Of a stretch of 64,000 nt of DNA, positions 25,012 through 36,700 are shown one piece after another. Position 1 is the first letter of the stretch. Every line of letters begins with the position of its first letter. A model generated the notes under the pieces. It saw only the letters and a list, made by a program, of their open reading frames with translations, was not told where the DNA came from and ran no database searches. Position numbers and translations under genes: made by a program. The DNA comes from Raillietiella orientalis (lineage: Eukaryota): the NCBI GenBank assembly GCA_036172245.1, contig JAYWIR010000022.1, positions 2,170,001-2,234,000 of the forward strand. Direction: 5' to 3'.

Positions 25012-25990
25012 ATGATTTCATCACACGACACCGTACAAACAAACTTTATGCAAAACCTGGGAGAATTCGTGAATGAGGACGTAAACAAGATCCAACAAAC
25101 TATAAATAAGTACTAGGACGGAGAATTCATTGATGAAACTTGAAAAGTAACCAGCAATACCACAGATATTTGGATAATATGTTGGTAGTAGTAACGAATT
25201 AATAACGACAGCCTTCCATAACAATCTGATACGTGTATCAGATTGAACAATACTGTGGAGAGTCCCACAGAATTATTAGCTGTCTTTACTTCTGTTGTTC
25301 CTACGTATTCAAATGGGTTAATACAAGGAATAGGTAGGGTGAAATATTCTAGATGTACCTTCTAATCTAGGATGTTGGTAGACTGGAATCACTGCGTTTG
25401 TTTAAAAAAGATATATTATTTCATTGTCTTTGCTACTTTGTATGCTTTCCTTGGAACACACATATCTCTGATGATAATGGCACGTTCACACGAAAAAAAG
25501 CATTTGTAGAACAAAGTAAATCGTTCAAAAAAAAAAATTTGTAAAATTGCAACTACATTCAAGTACTTATGAAATATTTGCATTATTCATATGCGCCTTG
25601 CTCTTGCACTTTTCAGGTTTTCCTTCTGTATGTTGAAACTTAATGTCACGCTGTTTAAAATTTTTTGGTTTGGAAGGTTTGCTTTTCAAAACAGCTTTGT
25701 TGGACTTTCTTTCAAAGAAAATTGTTAATTATCATACCTGTTACACAACCCTTTGTTGTCATCATGATGTTTTTTGGTAGTTATTTATAGTTATTTTCGG
25801 TCACAAAGTCATTATAGATATTGTATACTTAATTATTTAAGGAATTTCTTTCTATTTCCATTTATTCTCGATTCCTAATGAAATTCTTAGATACTCTGAT
25901 GATGTTACGAACTTAGCGAACTGCAAATGCCATGGAAGAATTTGAAGTTATAGCCAATTCTGACATCTCAGTGTGCATTCCTCATCAGTA
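25012..25990 (+). pseudogene. Possible decayed relic of the N-terminus of DNA polymerase delta subunit 3 (POLD3/p66-like)
   Basis: Collinear peptide pieces in different frames: MQNLGEFVNEDVNKI (ORF 25012-25116), TY/KWV (25303-25319), HVHT../AFVEQSK (25481-25520), LQLHSSTYEIF (from 25547) and NAMEEFEVIANSDI (~25926-25967). These resemble my recollection of the POLD3 N-terminus (LENIDEFVTDQNKIVTYKWL...HVNQAKQMLYDYVE...QLHVTYLV...KAMLKDSGPLFNTD). An upstream AAG|GTGAGT...TTTCACAG intron lies at 24885-25002. Stops and frameshifts are present and each match is short. Confidence 0.33.
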
Positions 25991-26579
25991 CCTAGCAGAA
26001 CTCTGACACTTTCTTTTTCCCGTTTTCACAGCATCCGCTATTATTTTTAGTTTGCAAAATCAATGATTGCATTTCCTTTTTCGAAAAAATCTTTTTTTCC
26101 TATGTACATTGAATGATGTTTTCTTCGTTTTAAAGAACTTTTTCAAGCAAATTATGAATATCGTGATGCTATAGAAATTCTATGTAACTTCAATTTAATA
26201 ACTTTAATTTTTTACTTGGCAACATTGTATATTTGTTGTAGAATTATAAGCTACTGCTTGTGAGGAACTCTATTGTTGCACTTAGTTCGCTTTTTGAAAA
26301 AAACAAACCGAAAGATCGAATGTAGACTAATTTTTTGTTCGTGGAAATTTTCTTCGGAGGGAATGTTTATGGAAAGCTTAATTTTAATACAGTTACTTTA
26401 AATAAGTTCGGACTCCATTCGTTTATTTCTTTCTCCTTTTACTGTAAACAGTGCTAATCGTGTTTCTCATGGCCTCAATTTATTAAGAAAACTGAAAATG
26501 TTCAAGGTATTAAAGGCACAGAAATGTTTAGCGAGAATTTCCCGAAATATTCAAAAATTTTGTTACAGAGCTAGGGAAC

Positions 26580-26667
26580 TTGCAAAATCGTAGTACTTTT
26601 TATACATGAAAGTACACTTTGATGCAGAAAGTGCACTTTCTATGTAAAAAGTACTACGATTTTGTAA
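26580..26667. repeat. Imperfect fold-back with ~40-bp arms and a 7-nt loop (MITE-like or hairpin RNA)
   Basis: TTGCAAAATCGTAGTACTTTTTATACATGAAAGTACACTTT-GATGCAG-AAAGTGCACTTTCTATGTAAAAAGTACTACGATTTTGTAA. Confidence 0.9.
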
Positions 26668-27392
26668 TGTGTGATTGCAGTGTATGGTAATTATAATCAA
26701 CAATTTGGAAAGTTAGCTAACAGGATTCTTTAATTTCAAGTATGGTTCCATTATTTTCGAGTGTTTTCGAGAGAGACTAAATTTTTAATCATATCCTGGC
26801 ACACATTCAGGAGGTTGTGTGCATGCATACCTATCCCCATTTTCGTAGTCTCAAATTCTGTAGTTGGTTTATCGTTGTAATCTGCAGCATAAAATTTTCG
26901 ACTATTCTCCAATACTTATTGGACTTAGGAACTATGACTTTCACACTGCTAAATTTTTTATTAGGTAGTAGTAGACTGTACAAGTGCCGTTGGTTGTATG
27001 TTTGATGTTTAACATGAATCTGTTCTGCAATTTGTAATTTGGGAACAGTAAAATTCAATAAGTTATTAGTGATTCAGTAATAAGCTTATAAGTAGTTTGC
27101 AGTTTAAAAAGGGGATTTCAAGATCTTAGATTTGAAGCATAAAAAAATGCTCATGGATATGTTTTCATTCATTGCTATAAACATACTGACGTGGTGTATT
27201 CCTTTTATTCATCTCATGTACACTAGCAATCACCAGTTATTGCAATACAAGAACAAACTAGTATGGTTGCATGTCTTGTTTATCTGTTGGTTTTTATTCT
27301 TAAAGATCATATTAAATCTTCAAAATTCCATTACAGTGAACTGTATTTGTATTAGTTTTTTTGAGATATTTAAACACATATTGTACATAGTG

Positions 27393-27438
27393 CACATTGC
27401 TGATGTAGTCAACTGAAGTTGACTACATCAGCAATGTG
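27393..27438. repeat. Perfect inverted repeat, 22-bp arms, 2-nt spacer
   Basis: CACATTGCTGATGTAGTCAACT-GA-AGTTGACTACATCAGCAATGTG. Confidence 0.95.
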
Positions 27439-27912
27439 ACTTAATTCATGGGCTCTATAGGACATTCTTTGATATGCATATGACTTACCGGATTTGAATC
27501 ACAATGGTATTCTCCTGTAGAATAATTGGAAATATAATAAGTTAGACCTTCACTAGTTCAGTGTAATTGCCTGTTTGGTATTTAAATATCTCTAGCCTGA
27601 GTGGGAAACTTTATTCAAATTTTTGGGGAATTTTTTGTCTATCTATGAGCAATGGAGGTATGATTGAATATAATAAATAACATAATATGATGTACCATAA
27701 TCAGTCTCAAGCATACGAGAGTAAGGAATTTCTGCACTTTCCTGATGTCCTTAAATTTTTCATGTATGTTGGAGTACTTGTCTTGGTATTGGACAGGTTA
27801 GCAAATGATTTGTTCAAAGATTTGAATTTTTAGAGATTTTTTAGTCTGCAAAATTAGTGAGCAAAAAATTTCAGCAGTGTATCTGATTCAGTGATGTTTA
27901 TTTTTGCAAGAA

Positions 27913-29712
27913 ATGCGTATAGAAACTATCTTGGTATTTCTATCTATAATTTATGGAACTGATATTTTTCTTGTAAGTGCATATGAAACAGACTGTAGGA
28001 ACTTGCGTTTGGGACAATATTTGTGTGAGAATGTGAACATTAATCCGCAAACCCAAGCATTGGTAGGATGTACAAGAAAGGGAAAAGCCAAAGGTAATGC
28101 AAATATTAAGTGGTAAATGGAACAAATGTGATTGTGGTTGCAGTGAATTGCACAGCATCACCTGGGATCATATGTAAAGATTCAGGTTCAAATGTTTTCC
28201 AAAAAGAAGTGGATTGCAAGTGGACGTAAGTTGAATGTGGTTTCAATTGTCATGTGAACTACTAAGTACAGAAGATTTCATAATGGTAGACGTGTGAATT
28301 GGTTCCAAGTGTGTATGATTGAATGCTCTATCAGAACATAAGAAAATTTCATGATTTGGGGGATAAATCACTGAAGTTATCAATTACACTGAAACCTTCA
28401 TTTCAAAATTTGATTTATGGTAGAATCATTTTTACACATAATGATTACTATTTACTTCATACTGCTAGCCATATATTTAAATACATGATTCTTCTAATAG
28501 AGAAAATTGCATCACGGAATAAATTCTAGTATTCTTGATTACCTTTAATTTTTGTACATTATTCATTAAAATTGTTGTCAGCATGACCAAGTAAAACTTC
28601 AAAATGTGTGTATCATTTTCCTATAATATAATTCATGACAAAAGATAAGTAAATTAATTGTAAGAGTTATGAGTTTGGGATTAGCAAAATTGCATCCTTT
28701 GAGAGGACTGTTAGACATATGCAAGTACTGTGACTGAAAGGTTGTGCATAATGCAATCTCTGTGATTGTTCCCTGTTGTTCAAGTTAATGATTTTCCACT
28801 TAATAACATAACTGCATCCTTATGTCCTTTTGGATATTTGAAGTCTAAAGGAAAACTACATTAATATTCTAAAATGTTTTTGTGAAGGAAACCTGATTTC
28901 TAGGAATTGTTTTGTGATTGCTGACAAATTCCATATTCATTTAGAAGCATTATACCAATAAAAGTAAAGCATTGTATGATCCTGACTGGTGTTTTGCTTC
29001 CATTACAAGAAATCAAGAGACATCTCAGGAGATTGTTAACAAACTTTGAATAAATAAAGATTTTAACAGCACTGCTAACAGAATGTTCACTTTGATCATA
29101 TGAATAGTAAACTGAATAGTAAACATCTGACATAAAAATGAAGCCAATGGAGTTCTTTCATTGGAGCTTAATTTTTGTTTTTTGTTTTGTTTACGTTTCA
29201 AGATAGAGCATTCAAGAATATTTGTTTAAACCATGTCATAGTTACAAGTGCATAACTATCAATTTTGAAATCAGTCTTAAAGTGAATTCAGCTTGTTATT
29301 TCCTAACCCTTTGTTAGGGAGGGGGATTTGTTTTGTTTTGGTGCTTTAGCAACTTTAGCAGTCATTTAAAATCATTAAAGTTTTCAAGATTTTAATGTAA
29401 TTTCTGCATAATCGTATATTTTGACATTTCAGAAATGGTTACTCATTTGAAGTAGCACTCTTGCTCTCTGTATTCCTTGGTATGTTTGGTGCAGATCGGT
29501 TTTATCTAGGCTACCCAGCTATTGGACTTCTAAAGTTCTGCACATTTGGATATCTTTTGGTTGGACAGTTGATAGATATAGTATTAATTGCCACACAGAT
29601 TGTAGGTCCATCAGATGGCAGTTCTTATGTAATGGGCTATTATGGTCCCAAGCTCGCTTTTGTGAAATTAAATAATGAAACTTATCGTAACCTGCAGGAA
29701 GACTGGTTATAA
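27913..29712 (+). CDS. TM2D1: TM2 domain-containing protein 1 (beta-amyloid-binding protein / Drosophila biscotti CG10795-like); 3 exons: 27913-28093, 28144-28225, 29433-29712; 180 aa
   Basis: Spliced translation: MRIETILVFLSIIYGTDIFLVSAYETDCRNLRLGQYLCENVNINPQTQALVGCTRKGKAK/VNCTASPGIICKDSGSNVFQKEVDCKWT/NGYSFEVALLLSVFLGMFGADRFYLGYPAIGLLKFCTFGYLLVGQLIDIVLIATQIVGPSDGSSYVMGYYGPKLAFVKLNNETYRNLQEDWL*. It has a hydrophobic N-terminus, the Cys-rich GQYxC...TQ...C ectodomain typical of TM2D1, and the TM2 DRFYLG motif. Introns are canonical GT-AG: 28094-28143 (50 bp, phase 1) and 28226-29432 (GTAAGT...TTTCAG, phase 2). Exon lengths sum to 543 nt with no internal stop. Confidence 0.95.
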
Positions 29713-29895
29713 TCACTTATGATACTCTCTACCATTTGTTTCAAATTTAATGAAGTTAGTTGATAAACCATCCGTTGATGAGAAAGGATGTTAATATCTT
29801 GATTGTGTAGTGAGCTATGGACAACTGGTTGCCACATACCCAAATGATTTGATTGCAGGAGTTTTATGGAAAAGGATATAAAATACGTATTGTGA

Positions 29896-29906
29896 AATAA
29901 AATAAA
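29896..29906 (+). promoter_or_regulatory. Overlapping AATAAA polyadenylation signals of the TM2D1 3' UTR
   Basis: AATAAAATAAA about 185 nt after the stop codon. Confidence 0.55.
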
Positions 29907-30329
29907 GTGGCCTAAAAGGAAACAAATACTATGTATTGCTCTTTCATTGTATGCATATTCATGCATAAGTGATAAATATGTGTGTGTGTCATGCATCATA
30001 TTGTAAAAAGCATGCAGCCAAAAATAGCAATCTATTAGTGAAGGTGCACTCCTTACCTTAACATCTTTGTACAAAACACGGATATATAATAACAGTATGC
30101 ATAATAGTAATAAGATCAGATCATTACATATACATGAAAAAATGTGTGAGAGGATCCTTTTCTACGTGTTCTTTCATATAATGCTAATGCTGTTATCACC
30201 TCAGTTCTAACATGGGGATTCTTTAAGATATAAAAAAGGAATGTGAATATTGAAAAAAGCAAAACAGAGACTGATCTCGCTTTCCCTAATTTGGGTTATC
30301 TAAATTGGCCTGTCTTGAAGCACCGAGAT

Positions 30330-32100
30330 GCTGGGATCTTGGTGAAAACAAAGCTTTGAAATTCTCATGTGCCATCAGCGCTTTAGAAAACAGAATGTTG
30401 TCCAAATGCCGCAAAGCGCACAGTAGTGGGTTTGGTTGGCCGTGCAAAATTCAGCCCAGATTTCACTGATTTCATTCTAATAGAGATTTTCTATTCTAAT
30501 TCTAATAGATTTCATTTCATTCTAACAGAAGACGCCGAACGTTCTATCCTTTCTCCACGTGCAGCCTGCATCGCAAATGGATCTGTTTAATTCTAGAGAT
30601 GGAACAGTTTTGATTCCATCGTTTCAGCTAACAGTTGCATCACAGTTCCTTATTGCTGTAACTGAAATTATTCTCATTTCGATTCCGCAGGTCAGCCGTG
30701 CCACCGACCCGGTGAACTCGGCCGAAGGGTGTAAGCGTTTCTCTGCGGGTTTGTGTTCTCTTGGTCTTGCGCTGCCCAGCGTGTATCCTTCCGGTTTGTG
30801 TGGACACTGTGTTTCTGCTGACTGCGTACAGCGACAACACAAACGTGTACCACCTGGCGCCGAAGTCCTTCCGGCAGTCCGGAAACGTTCTGTTTGAGAC
30901 CCAGCCAGCGATCCTCCGGTCTCAAATGGCGAAATCCGAGTACTCTAAGACTTCGTGCCGAGTGACTTCTCAGAGCACTCAAACTTCTGTGTCTCATAAC
31001 TTCTGTGTTCCTACAGATTTCATTTTTTTTCTTTTGTCGATTGCATCAGCGGTAAGCGTCGTTCGTTTTCGAGTGAGTTCCTCTTCCGATAAAGTAACGC
31101 TTCGCGCGCTCCCACTTCTTTCCAGGTTGCTGGGAGTGGCGCGCGGGAAGTTCTCGGAAAACCAATCCTGCCGGATGTTGGCGCATTTCGAATAGTACGT
31201 CGCATGCAAATGTCATGAAGAGCGCTACTTTGTTCAAAAGATGAAACATACTGAGAGCATGCAGAGTGCCCTCGACGAGCGGTTCAAATCCGGAATATGT
31301 AAAGAAGGGAACCGAGGACGCTGAAATTTCCAGTTGAAGAGCGATATATATAAACCAAACTCCCACGGATGAGTACTCCGATCTCGGAATTACCAGAGTT
31401 CTGAAAACTTGCCCAAGAGCACATTTCGTGCCAGCATTGCCCTTCAGATAGGCATCCCGACGGCAGTCGTGGAAAAAAGTCGGCTGTTGACTTCGCTGGA
31501 GAGAGCACATGGTACGCAGTGACTGGTGCAATCCAGTGACGTAACGACTTACCGCTAAGTGGCTCCTCGATGCAGGAGGAACTTCTGGAATAGCATTTTC
31601 GTGACTGGTTCGCTGGAAAGAGGCAAAGAGGACCGGCGCAAATTGAAGATTCCATTCCAGACTTGCTGGTGATCTCTGAATAGGTTCTCACAATGATGAA
31701 ATTCCTTTCAAGTGTCGACACTTGAAAGGAATACACAAACACGCTCAAAGGAAATGCCTTTCTTGTGTGGGTGGATGGACCGGAAGATGCTCGCTCGTCT
31801 AGGAATTCCCGCTAGGCATCGACGTCGGAAAGCGGTTTCAAAAATTTCCCGGTGGGAACCACCGGAAGGCTTCTGGGCCTTTGATGTTTGGGAGCTCCTG
31901 ATGGATACGTCCTTCGCGGAGAATTGCACGCGGGAGAGGGGTCAAGTTGCCTCAGGAAGGATGTGCGATGCAGCTTTTCCGCACACTGATGCAACAGATT
32001 CCGGAATCTGCTCGCCATCGTCCACTTCCCAGAAAGCGAAGCTGCCGAAACGTAGACCGATCATGTGGCAGGCCTTCTCGATAAGCCCAGTGAGGGCCGA
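30330..32100 (+). mobile_element. Decayed LINE reverse transcriptase region abutting the gene island
   Basis: Ordered degenerate RT motifs: AISALENRM (LANRL-like), SSGFGWPCKI (QxGF..R-like), SAEGCKRFSAGL (QGCPLS-like), LTAYSDNTNV (~30818-30847; AYADD-like), TPTDEYSDLGI (~31360-31392; GGLG-like). Many stops. Confidence 0.55.
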
Positions 32101-34399
32101 AAAAGTCTACGGGAAGAGGGGGGAGGGAAGACCGAAACTTTGGAGGAGAGGCAAGAAAGCAAAGGCTGGAGGCGCTGCAGCCAGTGCCTCCGGCCGGTCG
32201 CTCCACGAAAAGGGCACCGGTCGGACCTCCCGGGTCTACCGGCATCCGGGGATTTGCTCGGCGTGTCGGTCGCCCCGGCTACGGCGCATCGGGTAGGCGG
32301 CAGCCAGGAGCGCGAACCCAGGGAAGGCGCTCGCGGAAGACGGCTGCCGGTCCTGCTGCTCGGGAGGACTCGCAGCGGTGGCTGTGCGAAGCAGGACAAC
32401 TGATGCGGGATTCTCCCGGGATTGCACGCGAGGGATGCGCCCTCCTGAAATGAGATTAGGTCTTCTGTTGCATCGGAGGAAACCTTCCTGCCCTGGAGAA
32501 AAATGGGTTCGCATCAGCGGAATCGGGGGGAGGGGGGACGTCGAAGAGAGCGGATGAAATAAGGGAATGCGTTCCTGGTCACTGGGTGGCGCGCGCCCGA
32601 AGGACCGCAGCCACGGGTGCTTCTCTTTCTGCGGGTCCCTTCGCCGTGCTCTGGTGCGCCATCCCCGCCTCCGACCCACGTCCGGAGGCAGGGGCGGCAC
32701 GCGGACCTCCGTGCTGAGACGCCCTCAAGATTTGTCCCCGAGCGGGGGGGGAAGCCGCTGCGATAGGGGCGTCGGCAAGTTTCCGTCCCCCCTCTCGCGT
32801 TCCCTGGAGTCCTCCAGGAACCTCGCGAGCACCCGTGCCTCGCTGGCAGGCGGCGAGGCACGAAAGGGCTTGGTCCTGGCACGAAGGGAGGGAGAATGAA
32901 GGTCCGAAATCAACTGGGGCCAGATGGCGCGCGAGGTTTCCGGGGCAGTCCACCCCGGTCCCACGCGAGACCGAGGCTACTGCGCGTCGAGGAGGGGCGA
33001 GGTAGAGGGCGCTCCCTCCCTGTGCCATCGGGGGAGGGGCGGGCGGGAACGTCACTGGCGCGAGGGAGGGTGCGCTCGCCTCCTGCAACCGGTCTGGAGC
33101 GTCGCGTAGGGAAGCCGTCGGGGTCGCGTCCAGAGTGGGACGTGGCGACGAAGGCAGGGGCGACCGGGGATGTCCAACCCCCCCGGGACGAACGGGGATG
33201 TCGCCCCTGTGCCGCGGTCGAGGCGCCAAGGACACTCCTCCTCTCTTCCTCTTCGCCGCCCACGCGCGGGAGAACCTGCGCTCGCCTCGTCCGGTCGCCA
33301 AATGGACATTCGCTGCTCAAGCTTTCGGTTCACCACCCCGGCGCGCGCGCGTCGAAGCGATGGCTGCGTGAAGGCGCGGGCCCGGCAGGGAAAGCGGGCG
33401 ACGAAGGAAGAGGTCGGGAGACCCTCAGGGGGAGACAGTGGTGGGGATCTGGAAAATCCGCTCTCCAGGAGCCCGCGGCATCGACGGTCTCCCCACGATC
33501 CTGTGACCCGAGGGTGTGTCATCCGTCGGAGGTCGGCAGCGTCCCGGGAAAGGGCGCCGGTCAGACCTCCCGGTTCTACCGGATCCGGGAACTTCTCGCG
33601 AGTGCGGCATCCTCCAGGATGGGCAGCCATTCTCTCCTCTGACTCTCTCAGGGCGCTCCCCCGTACCCTCCTGGCTTGGGCGAAGCTGACGCTAGGCAGA
33701 TGGTGGACATGCCGCTGCGCTTGCTGCAGAGGAGCCGGGAAGCGCCTCCACCTCGGAGAGTGGACGAGGGGCCGCGTCGTCCTCCACGACGACGGAGGGG
33801 ATGAGCCTGGAGGAAGTTCGAGCAGCCTGGAGGAAGTTCCCCGGTCAGCGACCCCGTCCGGGAAACGGCGCTGCTTGTCGGGTTTCAGCGAGCGCCCTGC
33901 GGGAACCGTCTGTCGGTCTTGGAAGCGCCGAACCCGAAGGAAGGAGGTCCTTCCTCACTCTGCCGCGCGCGCGGAGGACACTTCGAGCGCTGCCGGGGCA
34001 AAGAGGCGCTGAAAATGAAATCCGGCTCTCCATCTCCTTTCCCTCCCCGGGAGAACGAAGCCCCGCGCTTGGGAGCGCGCGGTGCTTGGCGATGGCTGCG
34101 AGGCTTCCCCCGTGCAGCCACACGCGACCCTTCCACGGGCGGTGCCTCTTCGCGTCCGCGGCGTGCCCGTCGGCGGTGCCGGGCACGCCACGAACTCGAC
34201 CCACCGTCCACTCGGCTCTTAGGAAATACACGAGCGCTGCAAAGGGTCAAGAAGTCGCGTTGGCCCGGCAACTGTCGATTGACCTGGCATAGGTCGCAGC
34301 TGGCGCGCCGAAGGTTTCCTTTTCCCCCTCTACCGAAGACAGTGCGCGATGTAATCCCGGATCCTGGAAGAAAAAGGGTGTAGACTTCGAGGTACCCGA

Positions 34400-35150
34400 G
34401 GCATCAGAAGGGGCGTTGGAGCACGATGGGGTCACGCTTCCCTGAGGGATCGAAGAGGGATGAACCGAATTTCGGTTGGATGTGAGTGCGGTGGGTGGCG
34501 GCGGGGTCGTCTCGAAGGGAAACTTCGGCTGGCGGACGGGCGGAGACGCGCGATTTTTTCGCGAGGTTCCGCGTCCCCCCCCCCCTCGTGCTTCTGAATC
34601 TTTTAGCACCACTCCGACTTGAAAGCGTCCGACTGCCGCCCTCCTCCATCTCGAAACGACGGGGCAGACCTACGAAGGAAAATGGCGGGTTCTGCTGCCG
34701 GAACTTCGTTTCCGAACGGGACGGAACTTGAGGCGCTCTGCACGGTTTTCTTTCCGCTCGGAGGCGAGCGCTCTCGCCTGTGGCAAAGAAGTCCAAGGTG
34801 TCTCTGGGAAGAGCGCTGCGGCAGGAGGTCCGGGTGCTGGGGGGCGTTCGCCAAGATCGATCGGCACACGAGGGAGGCTCGAAGACCTCCTTGGAGCTGG
34901 ATGCCAGGACTGGCGGCACGACTTGAGAGAGGCCGGCATCTCTGCGGCGCCACTTCCAATCAGCGCAGCTCGATCTTCGAGGCGAAAGACGGGGAGGAGA
35001 GCTGGTCTTCCGGGCCGAAACTCTCGGAGAGCTTTCGACGGAAGAGCCGCCGCAGATCGGAGGACGGTGAACCGAACCTCCGAATCCCGTCCGGGGCAAG
35101 GCCGGATGCGCGAGTTTCCCTAGCGGGACACGCCGGGAACGCCTGGCTTG
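34400..35150 (-). mobile_element. LINE endonuclease relic
   Basis: ADRSWRTPPSTRTSCRSALPRDTLDFF resembles the APE segment DxWR..P...T...RLDxF. Confidence 0.35.
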
Positions 35151-35999
35151 TGGGGACCCCAAGCGGAACTGCAGGGGTTTGCCGGAAAAGGAAAAAAAGC
35201 AAAAAAGGGGTGGGCGCAGCCCAAATCATGGAAACCTGCTCGAGCATGGAATTCGAATAACCCACCCAAACATCTCGCGCACTCACATGCATGTGGTAAG
35301 AGAAACGCTCGGCAGACGGAAGGTGAATGGCGTGGCTCGAGAGGGACTCATCAGATTTTTATTGCACACCAATCTGGCTTGCAATTCCTGGCGCCTTCCG
35401 GTGGAAATCCTCCGAAAACAGGCAATTTGATTTGGCAATCTTGGAAATTAGCGAATAATTACCGGGCGCTCCGCGTCTACAGGAAGTACTGCAGCAGCCG
35501 AAATCACCCGCTGACGTCACACCTAACGGTTTTCGGATAGTTACGGCGATCGGTGCCGAAAATTGTTACCGTACGGCACGACCGAATTCGCGAGCCGGAG
35601 TGGCCAGCGTGCCAGCTTCGGAAGGTCGTGCCGGGAAGGGTGGACACGGCCCTCTCTTGCCTCTCTCGCGCGTTGGCGTGGAAGCAGGGTCCTGTGCCCT
35701 CTCCCCACCGCCGGGGGGGCTTCCGGAACTCTTCATCCCGATCCGCGAATCCTTGTAAACCAGACGGCGGCAACTGCTGGAATCCCGAATTCCTGGACAC
35801 GGGGCGCGTTCGGCCTGACGCAGGAGCAGGGCGATGATCGCTTTCCGTGTGCGGTTCATGTCTGGCCTTCCTTGCTCCGTTCGCTTCTCCCGAACCTCGC
35901 AACGGGTGGATCCATTCTTCAACAGGCAAAAAACACGCCGGCCAATCTTCCTTTAAAGTGTCTCTCTCCATGCACCACGGAAAGTCTTCCGAAGAACGG

Positions 36000-36700
36000 G
36001 CAGGAACAGCGAACGGCCCCTGTGCTCCGCTCCGTTTCCTGGTGGGCGAGCAGTGCTGTTGGCGGGTCTCTCTGCTTCTTTCGATCATCTCTAGGATGCA
36101 GCCCTGGGACCCCTCCGCATGGGGACGTCCGTTGCCGCTATGCGCACACCCTTCCTCCGGAGCTCGGTCTTCCTGACGAAGAAGGCGGGAACTATCCTCG
36201 ACGTGAGGTTGTACGGGGGGGTGGGGAGGAAGACGATTCCTGGTCCCTCTAAGGATCTCGATCCTGGGATGCGCCGCCTTGTCCATGGCCCTCTTGATCA
36301 CTTGTTCATCCTGGACGACGGTTCCGCAGGTGTGCACGTGCAAGTCGTCCTGAGTTTCTGCCTTGGGGTTCCTCGCCCACTGTTGTCGCCTCTCTCCGCA
36401 CGGGACCGGGAGGCGGTTTCGGATCTCTGGAGGCAGGCGGCTTCTCCACAGGACGGTTCCGAGGGCATGTGGAGTCGAGGGCTGGTTGCCCGGACAGTGT
36501 TCAGATCTCGCACGCCTCTGCTGCGGCGGCTTGCAGCTGGAGGTCGGGGCTCGAAACTTTGGCCCGCTGCGCAGCCCCGGGCTTGCCATTGTCCGCGGAT
36601 CCCGCGCGTGTCGTCCACCCTCGCACACCTGGCGCGCTTGCGCCGGAGCACCTTGCTCCGTTCGCCCGAGTAAGCACAATGGATGGTCCCCATCCAGAGG
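36000..36700 (-). mobile_element. Older copy of the second LINE family (zf-RVT region)
   Basis: PHALGTVLWRSRLPPEIRNRL...DDLHVHTCGTVVQDEQVIKRAM...EILRG aligns with PLAIGTVLWRSDLPPDTQDNL...TRLHVLICPTMQTEWHTLKRVI...AILAG at 19.3-19.6 kb. Confidence 0.7.

Noticed and set aside
27904..28116. 70-aa ORF as a stand-alone gene
   Set aside because: It is TM2D1 exon 1 reading into the 50-bp intron.
35504..36679. 391-aa minus-strand ORF as a functional gene
   Set aside because: Only part is in the LINE ORF2 frame. The zinc-finger cysteines are lost and the homology shifts frame.
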